Notes: generated by a model not told the origin, from the sequence alone. Shown: positions 26,437 through 35,989, numbered from the stretch's first letter. The stretch: 40,000 bases of DNA from Nostoc sp. FACHB-152 (GCF_014697475.1 NZ_JACJRV010000002.1:21515-61514), one strand, 5' to 3'. Program-made: numbers and translations.

Positions 26437-27975
26437 ATGCCACAGAATCCTGACAGAATTGTAGACCACGTTGATCTATTCAAACAGCCAGAATACACCG
26501 AGCTATTTGAAAACAAGAGAAAGAACTTTGAAGGCGCACATCCTCCTGAAGAAGTTGAAAGAGTTTCTGAATGGACAAAATCTTGGGACTACCGGGAAAA
26601 GAACTTCGCTCGTGAAGCTTTAACCATTAACCCCGCTAAAGGTTGTCAACCTGTAGGCGCAATGTTCGCGGCTTTAGGTTTTGAAGGTACTCTTCCCTTC
26701 GTTCAAGGTTCTCAAGGTTGTGTGGCTTACTTCCGTACACACCTCAGCCGTCACTATAAAGAGCCTTGCTCCGCAGTTTCTTCTTCTATGACAGAAGACG
26801 CAGCAGTATTCGGTGGCTTGAACAACATGATTGAAGGTATGCAAGTTTCATACCAACTGTACAAGCCTAAGATGATTGCTGTTTGCACCACCTGTATGGC
26901 TGAAGTTATCGGTGATGACTTAGGCGCGTTCATCACCAACTCTAAGAATGCTGGTTCTATTCCTCAAGATTTCCCAGTACCTTTTGCTCACACCCCCAGC
27001 TTCGTAGGTTCCCACATCACTGGTTACGACAACATGATGAAGGGAATTCTGTTGAACCTGACAGAAGGCAAAAAGACAGCTACCAGCAATGGCAAAATCA
27101 ACATCATTCCTGGTTTTGATACCTATGTAGGCAACAACCGCGAAGTTAAGCGGATGTTGGGTGCTATGGGTGTTGACTACACCATTCTGTCTGACAGCAG
27201 CGATTACTTCGATTCACCCAACACTGGCGAATTCGATATGTACCCAGGTGGTACCAAGCTGGAAGATGCTGCTGATTCTATCAACGCTAAGGCAACAGTT
27301 GCTCTCCAAGCTTACACCACACCCAAGACCCGCGAATACATTAAAACCCAGTGGAAGCAAGAAACACAAGTTCTGCGTCCCTTCGGTGTTAAAGGTACTG
27401 ACGAGTTCTTGACTGCTATCTCTGAATTGACTGGTAAAGCGATTCCTGAAGAGTTGGAAATCGAACGCGGTCGTTTAGTTGATGCTATCACTGACTCCTA
27501 CGCTTGGATTCATGGTAAGAAGTTCGCTATCTACGGCGATCCTGACTTGATCATCTCCATCACCAGCTTCTTGTTAGAAATGGGTGCAGAGCCTGTACAC
27601 ATCCTCTGCAACAACGGCGACGAAACTTTCAAGAAAGAAATGGAAGCTATTCTCGCTGCTAGTCCCTTCGGTAAAGAAGCTACTGTTTGGATTCAAAAAG
27701 ACTTGTGGCACTTACGCTCTTTGTTGTTCACCGAGCCTGTAGACTTCTTCATCGGTAACTCCTACGGTAAGTACCTGTGGCGCGATACCAAGATCCCAAT
27801 GGTACGGATTGGTTATCCTCTGTTCGATCGCCACCACTTACACCGCTATGCTACCCTCGGCTACCAAGGTGGTCTAAATATCCTCAACTGGGTTGTTAAC
27901 ACTCTGTTGGATGAAATGGATCGTAACACCAACATCACTGGTAAGACCGATATCTCCTTCGACTTGATTCGCTAG
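26437..27975 (+). CDS. nifK: Nitrogenase MoFe protein beta chain NifK
   Basis: 512 aa. GSQGCVAYFR and CTTCMAEVIGDD P-cluster motifs. Confidence 0.98.
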   Translation: MPQNPDRIVDHVDLFKQPEYTELFENKRKNFEGAHPPEEVERVSEWTKSWDYREKNFAREALTINPAKGCQPVGAMFAALGFEGTLPFVQGSQGCVAYFRTHLSRHYKEPCSAVSSSMTEDAAVFGGLNNMIEGMQVSYQLYKPKMIAVCTTCMAEVIGDDLGAFITNSKNAGSIPQDFPVPFAHTPSFVGSHITGYDNMMKGILLNLTEGKKTATSNGKINIIPGFDTYVGNNREVKRMLGAMGVDYTILSDSSDYFDSPNTGEFDMYPGGTKLEDAADSINAKATVALQAYTTPKTREYIKTQWKQETQVLRPFGVKGTDEFLTAISELTGKAIPEELEIERGRLVDAITDSYAWIHGKKFAIYGDPDLIISITSFLLEMGAEPVHILCNNGDETFKKEMEAILAASPFGKEATVWIQKDLWHLRSLLFTEPVDFFIGNSYGKYLWRDTKIPMVRIGYPLFDRHHLHRYATLGYQGGLNILNWVVNTLLDEMDRNTNITGKTDISFDLIR

Positions 27976-28017
27976 AAATTACGCTCCAAGCTTGTTTGTT
28001 AAAAACAGCTAAAGATT

Positions 28018-28063
28018 AGGAACTGGGGACTAGGGAATATTTAATTCCCCATCCCCAATTCCT
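28018..28063. repeat. STRR-type hairpin after nifK
   Basis: AGGAACTGGGGACTAGGGAAT-attta-ATTCCCCATCCCCAATTCCT (imperfect 20-21-bp stem). Confidence 0.7.
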
Positions 28064-28116
28064 ATAAAAGATACTCAAGTTTCAACCTACCTATCTTTTG
28101 ATTCAGCATCTCTATT

Positions 28117-28434
28117 ATGGAAAGCATCAATCACACTCACTCTCACGTTCATTTCCATCCACCTAACTATAAAAAGTCTCCTGTACTTAATCCTTTACGT
28201 CGTTTAGTGGACGGAATTCAAGTTAAAAATAATCGCTTCGCTCATCTAATATGCCAGGTAATTCCTTGCTGTTGTCCTTTTGAGCGAAATATTAGTTTAT
28301 TTGGTCGGAGTTTCCATATTCCACCTTTATGTAAGCTTAATCCTCTCTATGATGAGTTTGTTGGTTTGCGTTTTCGGGCTTTGTCTTACCTCGCTGATGA
28401 ATGTGGTGAGGATGTGACAAGGTATATTTGCTAA
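28117..28434 (+). CDS. Mo-dependent nitrogenase C-terminal-domain family protein (small Cys-rich nif-associated ORF)
   Basis: 105 aa. HLICQVIPCCCPFERNISLFGRSFHIPPLCKLNPLYDEFVGLRFRALSYLADECGEDV matches the family found between nifK and nifE in Nostocales. Confidence 0.8.
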   Translation: MESINHTHSHVHFHPPNYKKSPVLNPLRRLVDGIQVKNNRFAHLICQVIPCCCPFERNISLFGRSFHIPPLCKLNPLYDEFVGLRFRALSYLADECGEDVTRYIC

Positions 28435-28718
28435 TTATCTTCAATCTCGCCTGAAGATAGGGGTTTGGGGCTATTTCTAAATATATATTTGTGTCGTTAT
28501 ATAAATGTCTCACCCCAAAATCTGGTAAACATTTTTTATCCTTCGTAGTGAACGATACTTTTAAGTTTCTTGTAAAAGTCGATGTTATAGAAATGAATTA
28601 CTGATGCACATGGGGAATTGTGTATCGGGTATGGAGAAGATTTTTGCAGGAAGTTTTTGTAACAGTTAACAGTAATCGGTAGATTTCTTGCATAAGTATT
28701 TTTTGTTTCGCGCATAGA

Positions 28719-28755
28719 CGCGGTAGCGGCTTCCCGCAGGGAAGCCGCTACCGCG
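28719..28755. repeat. Perfect 17-bp-stem hairpin (dispersed-repeat family)
   Basis: CGCGGTAGCGGCTTCCC-gca-GGGAAGCCGCTACCGCG. No T-run follows. Confidence 0.8.
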
Positions 28756-28935
28756 CAAAGAAAAGTTTGCAAAGAAGTCTAGTGAATTGATACATGATTA
28801 TTGTTAACTGTTTTTTTCAAGACTAAGAACGAACCGCAAAGGACGCTAAGGACACGAAGAGATAAAGGTTTGAGAGAGTTCTTGCTTAAGTCTTATCAAG
28901 AATAGAATACTGGCTTTTTATCGAACCACAGAGGA

Positions 28936-28976
28936 GCCAGTCGCGTGGGCGGGTTTCCCGACTTGAGCGAACTGGC
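28936..28976. repeat. SDR-like nested hairpin just upstream of nifE
   Basis: GCCAGTCGCGTGGGCGGGTTTCCCGACTTGAGCGAACTGGC. Flanked by the direct words CACAGAGGA at 28927-28935 and 28990-28998. Confidence 0.65.
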
Positions 28977-29004
28977 GTAGCGCGGAGAACACAGAGGAAG
29001 AGAG

Positions 29005-30441
29005 ATGAATACCCAAAAGAAGGTTAATGAACTGCTGAATGAGACGGGATGCGAACATAATCAGCAGAAGAAGGGCGAGAAGAAGAATAAGTCTTGTACG
29101 CAACAAGCGCAACCTGGGGCGGCTCAAGGTGGTTGTGCTTTTGATGGGGCGATGATTGCTCTGGTTCCAATTACTGATGCGGCGCATTTGGTTCATGGCC
29201 CGATCGCCTGTGCTGGTAATTCTTGGGGTAGTCGTGGTAGTCTTTCTTCTGGGCCTATGCTTTATAAGATGGGTTTCACTACCGATATGACTGAAAATGA
29301 TGTGATTTTCGGTGGTGAGAAGAAGCTCTACAAGGCAATTTTAGAAATTCATCAGCGTTATAATCCCACGGCTGTATTTGTTTATGCTACTTGTGTGACG
29401 GCTTTGATTGGGGATGATATCAATGCTGTTTGCAAGGCGGCGGCTGAAAAAATTGGTACTCCTGTTGTCCCGGTGATTGCGCCGGGATTTATTGGTAGTA
29501 AGAATTTGGGGAACCGTTTTGGCGGTGAAGCTTTATTAGATTATGTTGTCGGGACAGCAGAACCGGAGTTCACAACCCCCTATGATATAAACTTGATCGG
29601 CGAATACAATATCGCCGGGGAAATGTGGGGAGTCCTGCCTTTATTTGAAAAATTAGGTATCCGCGTACTATCCAAAATCACGGGTGATGCTCGTTATGAA
29701 GAAATTCGTTACGCTCACCGTGCCAAGTTGAACGTGATGATTTGTTCGCGGGCTTTGCTCAATATGGCCAGAAAGATGGAGGAGCAATATGGGATTCCCT
29801 ACATTGAAGAGTCTTTTTATGGGATTGATGATATAAATCGTTGTTTGCGGAATGTGGCTGCTAAGTTGGGTGATCCTGATTTGCAAGAGCGCACGGAAAA
29901 GCTAATTGCCGAAGAAACAGCCGCTTTGGATATCGCTTTAGCTCCTTATCGCGCCCGACTCAAGGGTAAGCGTGTAGTTCTGTATACTGGCGGTGTGAAG
30001 AGTTGGTCAATTATCTCCGCCGCTAAGGATTTGGGGATAGAAGTTGTGGCTACTAGCACCCGCAAGAGTACAGAGGAAGATAAGGCGAAAATCAAACGCT
30101 TGCTCGGTACAGAAGGGATGATGTTAGAAAAAGGCAACGCTCAAGAGTTGTTGCGATTGGTCAAAGACACTAACGCTGATATGTTGATTGCGGGTGGTCG
30201 TAACCAATACACAGCCTTGAAAGCGCGGATTCCTTTCCTCGACATCAACCAAGAACGTCATCATCCGTATGCTGGGTATGTGGGAATGTTAGAGATGGCA
30301 CGAGAGCTATACGAAGCCCTCTACAGCCCCATCTGGGATCAAATCCGCAAACCTGCGCCTTGGGATGAAGAAGCCGGGACTTTAAATAATTTTGTGTCAG
30401 CAGATGAGATGTTCTCTGCTTCAATAGAAGAGGTATTTTAG
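29005..30441 (+). CDS. nifE: FeMo-cofactor scaffold NifE
   Basis: 478 aa. [16 protein letters not shown] and [11 protein letters not shown] (NifD-like scaffold motifs). Confidence 0.96.
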   Translation: MNTQKKVNELLNETGCEHNQQKKGEKKNKSCTQQAQPGAAQGGCAFDGAMIALVPITDAAHLVHGPIACAGNSWGSRGSLSSGPMLYKMGFTTDMTENDVIFGGEKKLYKAILEIHQRYNPTAVFVYATCVTALIGDDINAVCKAAAEKIGTPVVPVIAPGFIGSKNLGNRFGGEALLDYVVGTAEPEFTTPYDINLIGEYNIAGEMWGVLPLFEKLGIRVLSKITGDARYEEIRYAHRAKLNVMICSRALLNMARKMEEQYGIPYIEESFYGIDDINRCLRNVAAKLGDPDLQERTEKLIAEETAALDIALAPYRARLKGKRVVLYTGGVKSWSIISAAKDLGIEVVATSTRKSTEEDKAKIKRLLGTEGMMLEKGNAQELLRLVKDTNADMLIAGGRNQYTALKARIPFLDINQERHHPYAGYVGMLEMARELYEALYSPIWDQIRKPAPWDEEAGTLNNFVSADEMFSASIEEVF

Positions 30442-31758
30442 ATGGCGATCGTTACTGTTCCCGAAAAATCAGTTGCAGTTAATCCCCTCAAACAAAGCCA
30501 AGCTTTAGGTGCATCCCTCGCCTTTTTGGGATTAAAGGGAATGATACCTCTATTCCACGGTTCTCAAGGGTGTACCGCCTTCGCCAAGGTTGTGCTTGTA
30601 CGGCATTTTCGGGAAGCGATTCCCCTAGCCACTACAGCCATGACTGAAGTAACCACGATTTTAGGTGGCGAAGAGAATGTGGAACAGGCGCTTCTGACGT
30701 TGGTTGAGAAGGCCAAGCCAGAAATTATCGGTTTGTGTACCACTGGATTAACAGAAACCAGAGGCGATGATATTGAACGCTTCTTGAAGGATATCCGCGA
30801 TCGCCATCGTGAATTAGACCACATCCCCGTTATATTTGCACCAACACCAGATTTTAAAGGTGCATTGCAAGATGGTTTTGCCACTGCTGTGGAAAGCATC
30901 GTTAAGGAAATTCCCCAAGCAGGCGGGATCAGAAGCGAACAAGTCACAATCTTGGCTGGTTCTGCTTTTACCCCAGGCGACTTACAAGAAATTAAAGAGA
31001 TTGTCACCGCTTTTGGATTAGAACCTATCTTCGTACCTGACCTCGGTGCTTCTTTGGATGGTCACTTAGAAGATAACTATAGTCCTGTTACAGGTAGCGG
31101 TACGAGTGTTAAACAACTACGACAAGTAGGTTGTTCTGCTTTCACCATCGCTTTGGGTGAAAGTATGCGGGGTGCAGCCAAAATTTTGGATGAGCGGTTT
31201 AACATTCCCTACGAAGTGTTTGGTGAACTGACTGGACTGGAAGCAGTAGATGAGTTTCTGCAAGCACTATCGATTTTGAGCAGCAACCCAGTACCCGAAA
31301 AGTACCGTCGCCAACGTCGCCAATTGCAAGATGCAATGCTTGATACGCACTTTTATTTTGGTGCAAAACGAGTATCTTTAGCGTTAGAGCCTGATTTGTT
31401 GTGGGGTACAGTGCGCTTCTTGCAATCGATGGGAACACAAATTCATGCTGCTGTGACCACGACGCGATCGCCTTTACTCGAAAAGCTCCCCATCAAGAGC
31501 GTTACTATCGGTGATTTAGAAGACTTTGAAGAACTAGCAGTAGGTTCTGACCTATTGATTGGTAATTCTAACGTGGGAGCGATCGCTAAACGTCTGTCGA
31601 TTCCGCTTTATCGTTTAGGCTTGCCCATTTACGACCGTTTAGGTAATGGTCTATTCACAAAAGTTGGCTATCGCGGCACGATGGAGCTTTTGTTTGGCAT
31701 TGGCAACCTCTTTTTAGAAGCTGAAGAAGAGCGAGTTAAACACTTTTTCAATGATTAG
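30442..31758 (+). CDS. nifN: FeMo-cofactor scaffold NifN
   Basis: 438 aa. HGSQGCTAFAKV and CTTGLTETRGDD. Its ATG directly abuts the nifE TAG. Confidence 0.95.
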   Translation: MAIVTVPEKSVAVNPLKQSQALGASLAFLGLKGMIPLFHGSQGCTAFAKVVLVRHFREAIPLATTAMTEVTTILGGEENVEQALLTLVEKAKPEIIGLCTTGLTETRGDDIERFLKDIRDRHRELDHIPVIFAPTPDFKGALQDGFATAVESIVKEIPQAGGIRSEQVTILAGSAFTPGDLQEIKEIVTAFGLEPIFVPDLGASLDGHLEDNYSPVTGSGTSVKQLRQVGCSAFTIALGESMRGAAKILDERFNIPYEVFGELTGLEAVDEFLQALSILSSNPVPEKYRRQRRQLQDAMLDTHFYFGAKRVSLALEPDLLWGTVRFLQSMGTQIHAAVTTTRSPLLEKLPIKSVTIGDLEDFEELAVGSDLLIGNSNVGAIAKRLSIPLYRLGLPIYDRLGNGLFTKVGYRGTMELLFGIGNLFLEAEEERVKHFFND

Positions 31759-31832
31759 TAATTGGGGAATTGGGAGTAGGGAATAGGGAGTAGTGAATTT
31801 TTACTCTCCACTCCCCACTCCCCACTCCCTAC
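31759..31832. repeat. STRR block pair after nifN
   Basis: TAATTGGGGAATTGGGAGTAGGGAATAGGGAGTAGTG-aattttt-ACTCTCCACTCCCCACTCCCCACTCCCTAC (complementary halves). Confidence 0.8.
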
Positions 31833-31849
31833 ACAAGTAGGAGAACAGA

Positions 31850-32263
31850 ATGAAAATTGCCTTTACAACCAGTGACCACATTCATGTCAATGCTCACTTT
31901 GGCTGGGCGAGAGAAATTGATGTCTACGAAATCGATGCAGAAGGATATCAATTTTTACAAACTCTCAACTTTGAGGGTGAGTTAAAAGAAGATGGCAACG
32001 AAGATAAAATCACACCCAAACTTGATGCACTGGTTGATTGTGCAATTGTTTATGTAACAGCAATTGGTGGTACTGCTGCTGCTAAGTTAATCAAGAAAGG
32101 CGTTACCCCAGTTAAAGCCCGCACCGAAGAAGAAAAAATTGAAGAGTTATTGACTAAATTAGTCCAAACTCTTAAAGGTAATCCTCCACCTTGGTTGCGG
32201 AAAGCTCTACAACCAAAAACCAAAACCTTTACAGATGATATTGAAAACGAAGCAACTGTATGA
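31850..32263 (+). CDS. nifX: FeMo-cofactor carrier NifX
   Basis: 137 aa. MKIAFTTSDHIHVNAHFGWAREIDVYEI... (NifX/NifB-C family). AGGAGA upstream. Confidence 0.9.
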   Translation: MKIAFTTSDHIHVNAHFGWAREIDVYEIDAEGYQFLQTLNFEGELKEDGNEDKITPKLDALVDCAIVYVTAIGGTAAAKLIKKGVTPVKARTEEEKIEELLTKLVQTLKGNPPPWLRKALQPKTKTFTDDIENEATV

Positions 32264-32736
32264 CCGCAGATAATTCTGTTAACGGAACCACCAGTATTGC
32301 AGCCTTAAACTCTCCCTTCATTAAGGCTTTAGTTCTCCAAATTCGCGGGCAAGATAGTTACGGATTTTACCGTAATTGGTCAGATGAATTAATCCTCAAA
32401 GCTTTCGTAGTTCCCAAAAAAAAGAAACGCGAAATCCCCATTGATGGTGAAGTTGATGCCGCAACCCAGGCACGGATTTTAGTATTTTTCCGAGCTATTG
32501 CTGCCAGAATTGAACAAGAAACCAATCTAATATCTCAGGTTGTAGTTAACATCAATCATGAGGGCTTTGGCTGGGCGTTAGTATTTTCTGGAAGGCTTTT
32601 GCTAACAGTCAAAACATTAAGAGATGCTCATCGCTTCGGCTTTGAATCTCTAGAAAAGTTAGCAGAAGAAGGCGAAGCTTTCGTCCAAAAAGGATTAGAT
32701 TTAGTTAATCGCTTCCCAGAAGTAGGTAAGTTATAA
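32260..32736 (+). CDS. NifX-associated nitrogen-fixation protein (DUF269)
   Basis: 158 aa. ATGA overlap with nifX, in the conserved position after nifX. Confidence 0.8.
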   Translation: MTADNSVNGTTSIAALNSPFIKALVLQIRGQDSYGFYRNWSDELILKAFVVPKKKKREIPIDGEVDAATQARILVFFRAIAARIEQETNLISQVVVNINHEGFGWALVFSGRLLLTVKTLRDAHRFGFESLEKLAEEGEAFVQKGLDLVNRFPEVGKL

Positions 32737-32770
32737 CTTTTTGTCATTAGTCATTAGTTATTCGTTATTT

Positions 32771-32889
32771 AAACCCCTCTCCAAACCTCTCCCCCAAAGG
32801 GAGAGAGGCTTTGAAATTCTGAATTTTTCGTTAAAAACGCAGAATATTTCTGCCCCTCTCCGACGCGGAGAGGGGTTGAGGAGAGGTTT
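32771..32889. mobile_element. MITE-like inverted-repeat element inserted in an STRR hairpin
   Basis: Terminal arms AAACCCCTCTCCAAACCTCTC / GAGAGGGGTTGAGGAGAGGTTT. Internal hairpins CCTCTCCC-ccaaa-GGGAGAGG and CCCCTCTCC-gacgc-GGAGAGGGG. Flanked by TGTCATTAGTCATTAG (32742-) and the complementary AAATGACAAATGA...CCAATGAC (32905-32945). Confidence 0.6.
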
Positions 32890-32940
32890 ATTAAAGTCAC
32901 GTTTATTCACAAATGACAAATGAGAATGGACAAATAACCA

Positions 32941-33141
32941 ATGACCATCGAGGAATTGAAAACCCAAATTAAACGCCTCAACAGCAAAGCAGGTCAAATG
33001 AAAATGGATCTGCACGATTTAGCCGAAGGTTTGCCAACAGATTACAAAACACTTATGGATGTTGCGGCGGCAACTTATGAAATATATCGTCAACTTGATG
33101 AGTTGAAACAGCAGCTAACAGCCTTGGAGAACGCAAAATGA
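32941..33141 (+). CDS. DUF683 / CCE_0567-family small nif-cluster metalloprotein
   Basis: 66 aa. MDLHDLAEGLPTDY motif, in the conserved position before nifW. Confidence 0.75.
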   Translation: MTIEELKTQIKRLNSKAGQMKMDLHDLAEGLPTDYKTLMDVAAATYEIYRQLDELKQQLTALENAK

Positions 33142-33455
33142 GTAAAACTATTGAAGAGTTCAAAAAACTAAGTGATGCCGAAGAATATTTTCAATTTTTT
33201 GAGCTAGATTACGATCAAAAAATTGTCAATATAAATCGTCTTCATATATTGAAAAAATTCTCGCAATATATCCAAGAAATTGATGATAATTCTGCTGATT
33301 TAAGTGCAGAAGAAAAGCTCAATCAATATTGCTTGGCTTTGCAAAAAGCATATCACGTATTTCTCGAATCAACACCCCAAGAACAAAAGGTGTTTAAAGT
33401 CTTTAAAGACAAGCCAAAAAATGTAATTACGCTGACAGAACTCTCTTCTGATTAG
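33138..33455 (+). CDS. nifW: Nitrogenase-stabilizing/protective protein NifW
   Basis: 105 aa. AEEYFQFFELDYDQKIVNINRLHILKKF is the NifW signature. ATGA overlap with the preceding ORF. Confidence 0.9.
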   Translation: MSKTIEEFKKLSDAEEYFQFFELDYDQKIVNINRLHILKKFSQYIQEIDDNSADLSAEEKLNQYCLALQKAYHVFLESTPQEQKVFKVFKDKPKNVITLTELSSD

Positions 33456-33465
33456 GAGGTAAATA

Positions 33466-34266
33466 GTGGTTAACCTAACTCCTACCGAGTTAGAACGTTA
33501 TAGTCGCCAAATGATGCTGCCTAATTTTGGCGAAGCGGCTCAGAAGCGCCTGAAGTCAGCGACAGTATTGGTGACAGGTGTGGGGGGATTAGGTGGTACA
33601 GCCGCGCTTTATTTAGCAGTAGCAGGCGTTGGCAAGCTAATTCTAGTCCGGGGTGGCGATTTGCGCCTTGATGATATGAATCGTCAGATTCTCATGACTG
33701 ATGATTGGGTGGGTAAGCCAAGGGTATTTAAAGCTAAAGAAACCTTGCAGGCTATCAATCCTGATATCGAAATCGAAGCGGTTCATGATTACATTACCGC
33801 AGAGAATGTAGATTCTTTGGTACAATCCGCAGATATGGCACTGGACTGCGCTCATAATTTTACAGAACGCAATTTGTTGAATGCAGCTTGTGTACGCTGG
33901 CGCAAACCAATGGTAGAAGCTGCAATGGATGGGATGGAGGCTTATCTGACAACGATTATTCCCGGTGTCACGCCTTGTTTATCTTGTCTGTTTCCCGAAA
34001 AGCCTGATTGGGATCGGCGTGGTTTCTCGGTGCTAGGTGCTGTTTCTGGGACGTTGGCTTGTTTGACGGCGTTAGAAGCAGTCAAGCTGATTACTGGGTT
34101 TAGTCAGCCTTTATTGTCACAATTATTGACAATAGACTTAAACCGGATGGAGTTTGCCAAGCGTCGTTCATACCGCGATCGCTCTTGTCCAGTATGCGGT
34201 AATAGCGCGCCTTGGAGATATTCACAATCTCCATCAATGGAAACCACCAGTAATTTTACAACTTAA
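33466..34266 (+). CDS. hesA: HesA (ThiF/MoeB-family adenylyltransferase)
   Basis: 266 aa, GTG start after AGGAGG. RYSRQMMLP...GVGGLGG nucleotide-binding loop, and CLSC...CPVCG zinc motif. Confidence 0.92.
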   Translation: MVNLTPTELERYSRQMMLPNFGEAAQKRLKSATVLVTGVGGLGGTAALYLAVAGVGKLILVRGGDLRLDDMNRQILMTDDWVGKPRVFKAKETLQAINPDIEIEAVHDYITAENVDSLVQSADMALDCAHNFTERNLLNAACVRWRKPMVEAAMDGMEAYLTTIIPGVTPCLSCLFPEKPDWDRRGFSVLGAVSGTLACLTALEAVKLITGFSQPLLSQLLTIDLNRMEFAKRRSYRDRSCPVCGNSAPWRYSQSPSMETTSNFTT

Positions 34267-34278
34267 TATTTTCGACCT

Positions 34279-34332
34279 TTGTCATTAGTCATTGGTCATT
34301 TGCTCTTTGTGTTCACAAATGACCAATGACAA
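34279..34332. repeat. STRR hairpin (TGGTCAT/ATGACCA heptamers) between hesA and hesB
   Basis: GTCATTGGTCATTTG (34288-34302) pairs perfectly with CAAATGACCAATGAC (34316-34330). 13-nt loop. Confidence 0.8.
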
Positions 34333-34393
34333 TTATCACAAAAATTCCAAATTCTAGATTAGAACAATCAATCGCTACAGATCAGGAGATTTA

Positions 34394-34765
34394 ATGACTG
34401 TTACTTTAACAGAAAAAGCAGAATTTCGTTTGCGGGCTTTCCTGCGAGGTTCCGGTTCCGATGACAATAGTGCAACTAAAGGCATCCGAATCTCTGTCAA
34501 CGGTGGCGGTTGCAATGGCTATGAATATGGCATGGATGTCACTAGCCAACCCCAACCAGATGATTTAGTAATCCAGCAAGGTAGTGTGCTGGTTTATGTC
34601 GATGCCAAAAGTGCGCCTTTGTTAGAAGGAATCGTGATCGATTTTGTCGAAGGGCTGGTAGAAAGCGGTTTTAAATTTACCAACCCTAACGCAACTAGTA
34701 CCTGCGGTTGTGGCAAATCTTTCCAAGCAGGAGACTGTACGCCAACTGGTGTCCCTTGTACCTAA
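34394..34765 (+). CDS. hesB: HesB (IscA-family Fe-S assembly protein)
   Basis: 123 aa. GGGCNGYEY...FKFTNPNATSTCGCGKSF. Confidence 0.92.
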   Translation: MTVTLTEKAEFRLRAFLRGSGSDDNSATKGIRISVNGGGCNGYEYGMDVTSQPQPDDLVIQQGSVLVYVDAKSAPLLEGIVIDFVEGLVESGFKFTNPNATSTCGCGKSFQAGDCTPTGVPCT

Positions 34766-34924
34766 AAGAGTTATCTTTTAGTGTCAAGTTAAACCATTGA
34801 GGCTTTACGTAAACGTACTCCGCACCAAATGTCAGAGACACTAGCTATAGCGGTAGTCACATAGGTTAGAACATTTGAAAAGCTTGAATGCCAGGAATAA
34901 TAATTTTACCTCCTGCCTTCTGCC

Positions 34925-34972
34925 CTTCGGGTTCGCAGTTGCTCATGGGGGAAACCCCCAAGACCGCACTGT
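34925..34972. repeat. SDR-like nested hairpin inserted in a CCTTCTG/CCTCCTG STRR block
   Basis: CTTCGGGTTCGCAGTTGCTCATGGGGGAAACCCCCAAGACCGCACTG. Flanked by TTACCTCCTGCCTTCTGCC (34906-) and TTACCTTCTGCCTCCTGC (34978-). Confidence 0.65.
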
Positions 34973-35097
34973 CTGTCTTACCTTCTGCCTCCTGCTATAA
35001 AACTCATCAAATGCAGTGTCTTCCTATTCATAGTTTCTCGAAGAGGAGACTGACACACTTCGAGAATTAACCGAACCGTAAAGAGGAGAATCGGAAA

Positions 35098-35397
35098 ATG
35101 GCTACCTATCAAGTAAGATTAATCAACAAAAAGGAAGACCTCGATACCACAATTGAGGTAGATGAAGAAACTACAATTGTGGATGCAGCCGAAGAAGCCG
35201 GCATTGAGTTACCTTTCTCTTGCCATTCAGGTTCTTGCTCTAGCTGTGTAGGCAAAGTTGTTGAAGGTGAAATTGATCAATCTGAGCAAATCTTTTTAGA
35301 TGACGAGCAAATGTCTAAAGGATTTGCGCTATTGTGCGTTACCTATCCTCGCTCTAACTGCACAATCAAAACCCACCAAGAACCTTATCTTGTTTAA
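35098..35397 (+). CDS. fdxH: Heterocyst-type [2Fe-2S] ferredoxin FdxH
   Basis: 99 aa. Plant-type motif [13 protein letters not shown]...LLCVTYP. Position after hesB. Confidence 0.93.
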   Translation: MATYQVRLINKKEDLDTTIEVDEETTIVDAAEEAGIELPFSCHSGSCSSCVGKVVEGEIDQSEQIFLDDEQMSKGFALLCVTYPRSNCTIKTHQEPYLV

Positions 35398-35407
35398 CTG
35401 ACACCAA

Positions 35408-35574
35408 GCGACTGGAAGTCGCGGCTATACAGACAAAACCCGCTTATCGCGCTTGCGCTGCCCTTGGCGCACCACGCGGGTTGAAAATCTTGGTTTCATA
35501 CTAGTCCGCGCAGGTGGTTACTGAGCGTAGCCGAAGTGCGGACTTTGTTTGTATAGCTGCGATTTCTAATCGCC
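35408..35574. mobile_element. Composite MITE-like element with insertions in both internal hairpin loops
   Basis: Outer arms GCGACTGGAAGTCGCGGCTATACAGACAAA / TTTGTTTGTATAGCTGCGATTTCTAATCGCC. Internal hairpins AACCCGC[...31 nt...]GCGGGTT and AGTCCGC-gcaggtgg[...20 nt...]GCGGACT. Confidence 0.6.
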
Positions 35575-35678
35575 AAAACTATTTTTAGCTTTATTTTTAT
35601 GGTGAAATACATATCCCCGACTTGAAATAAATCGGGGATATTATCTATACAGTTGGTATACAGTTGGTAAATTATTTA

Positions 35679-35888
35679 TTAATCGACAGCAACGATCACA
35701 TCTGATGCTTTAATAACTGCATAAGCTTGTTTACCTTCTTGCAATCCCAGTCTATCGGCGGATGATTTGGTAATAATAGAGACTAACTCTACCCCAGGGG
35801 CTAATTCTAAAGTTATTTCGGTATTAACTGAACCAGTTACAACCTTCTTAACAGTAGTTTTTATCGCATTACGTGCGCTAATTTCCAT
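35679..35888 (-). CDS. mop: Molybdenum-pterin-binding protein Mop (single TOBE/Mop domain)
   Basis: 69 aa. MEISARNAIKTTVKKVVTGSVNTEITLELAPGVELVSIITKSSADRLGLQEGKQAYAVIKASDVIVAV. Confidence 0.9.
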   Translation of the reverse strand: MEISARNAIKTTVKKVVTGSVNTEITLELAPGVELVSIITKSSADRLGLQEGKQAYAVIKASDVIVAVD

Positions 35889-35989
35889 TTTTTTATTTCC
35901 TTTTGAAAGATGCTAGTTTCAAACAATACCAACTTTTTAGAATAACAAAGAAGTTTTTTAGATTTTCTTTATAAATGTAGCAGATATAG

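Noticed and set aside
28536-29196. Minus-strand ORFs 28536-28772 and 28918-29196
   Set aside because: They are encoded largely by dispersed repeats and hairpins, or run antisense to the nifE start. The sequences are arginine/leucine-rich and low in complexity.
32741-33015. ORFs 32741-32923 (+) and 32758-33015 (-)
   Set aside because: Both are translations of the MITE-like element and STRR blocks.
34888-35070. 60-aa ORF upstream of fdxH
   Set aside because: It reads through the SDR/STRR repeats (PPAFCPSGSQLLMGETPKT) and has no RBS.
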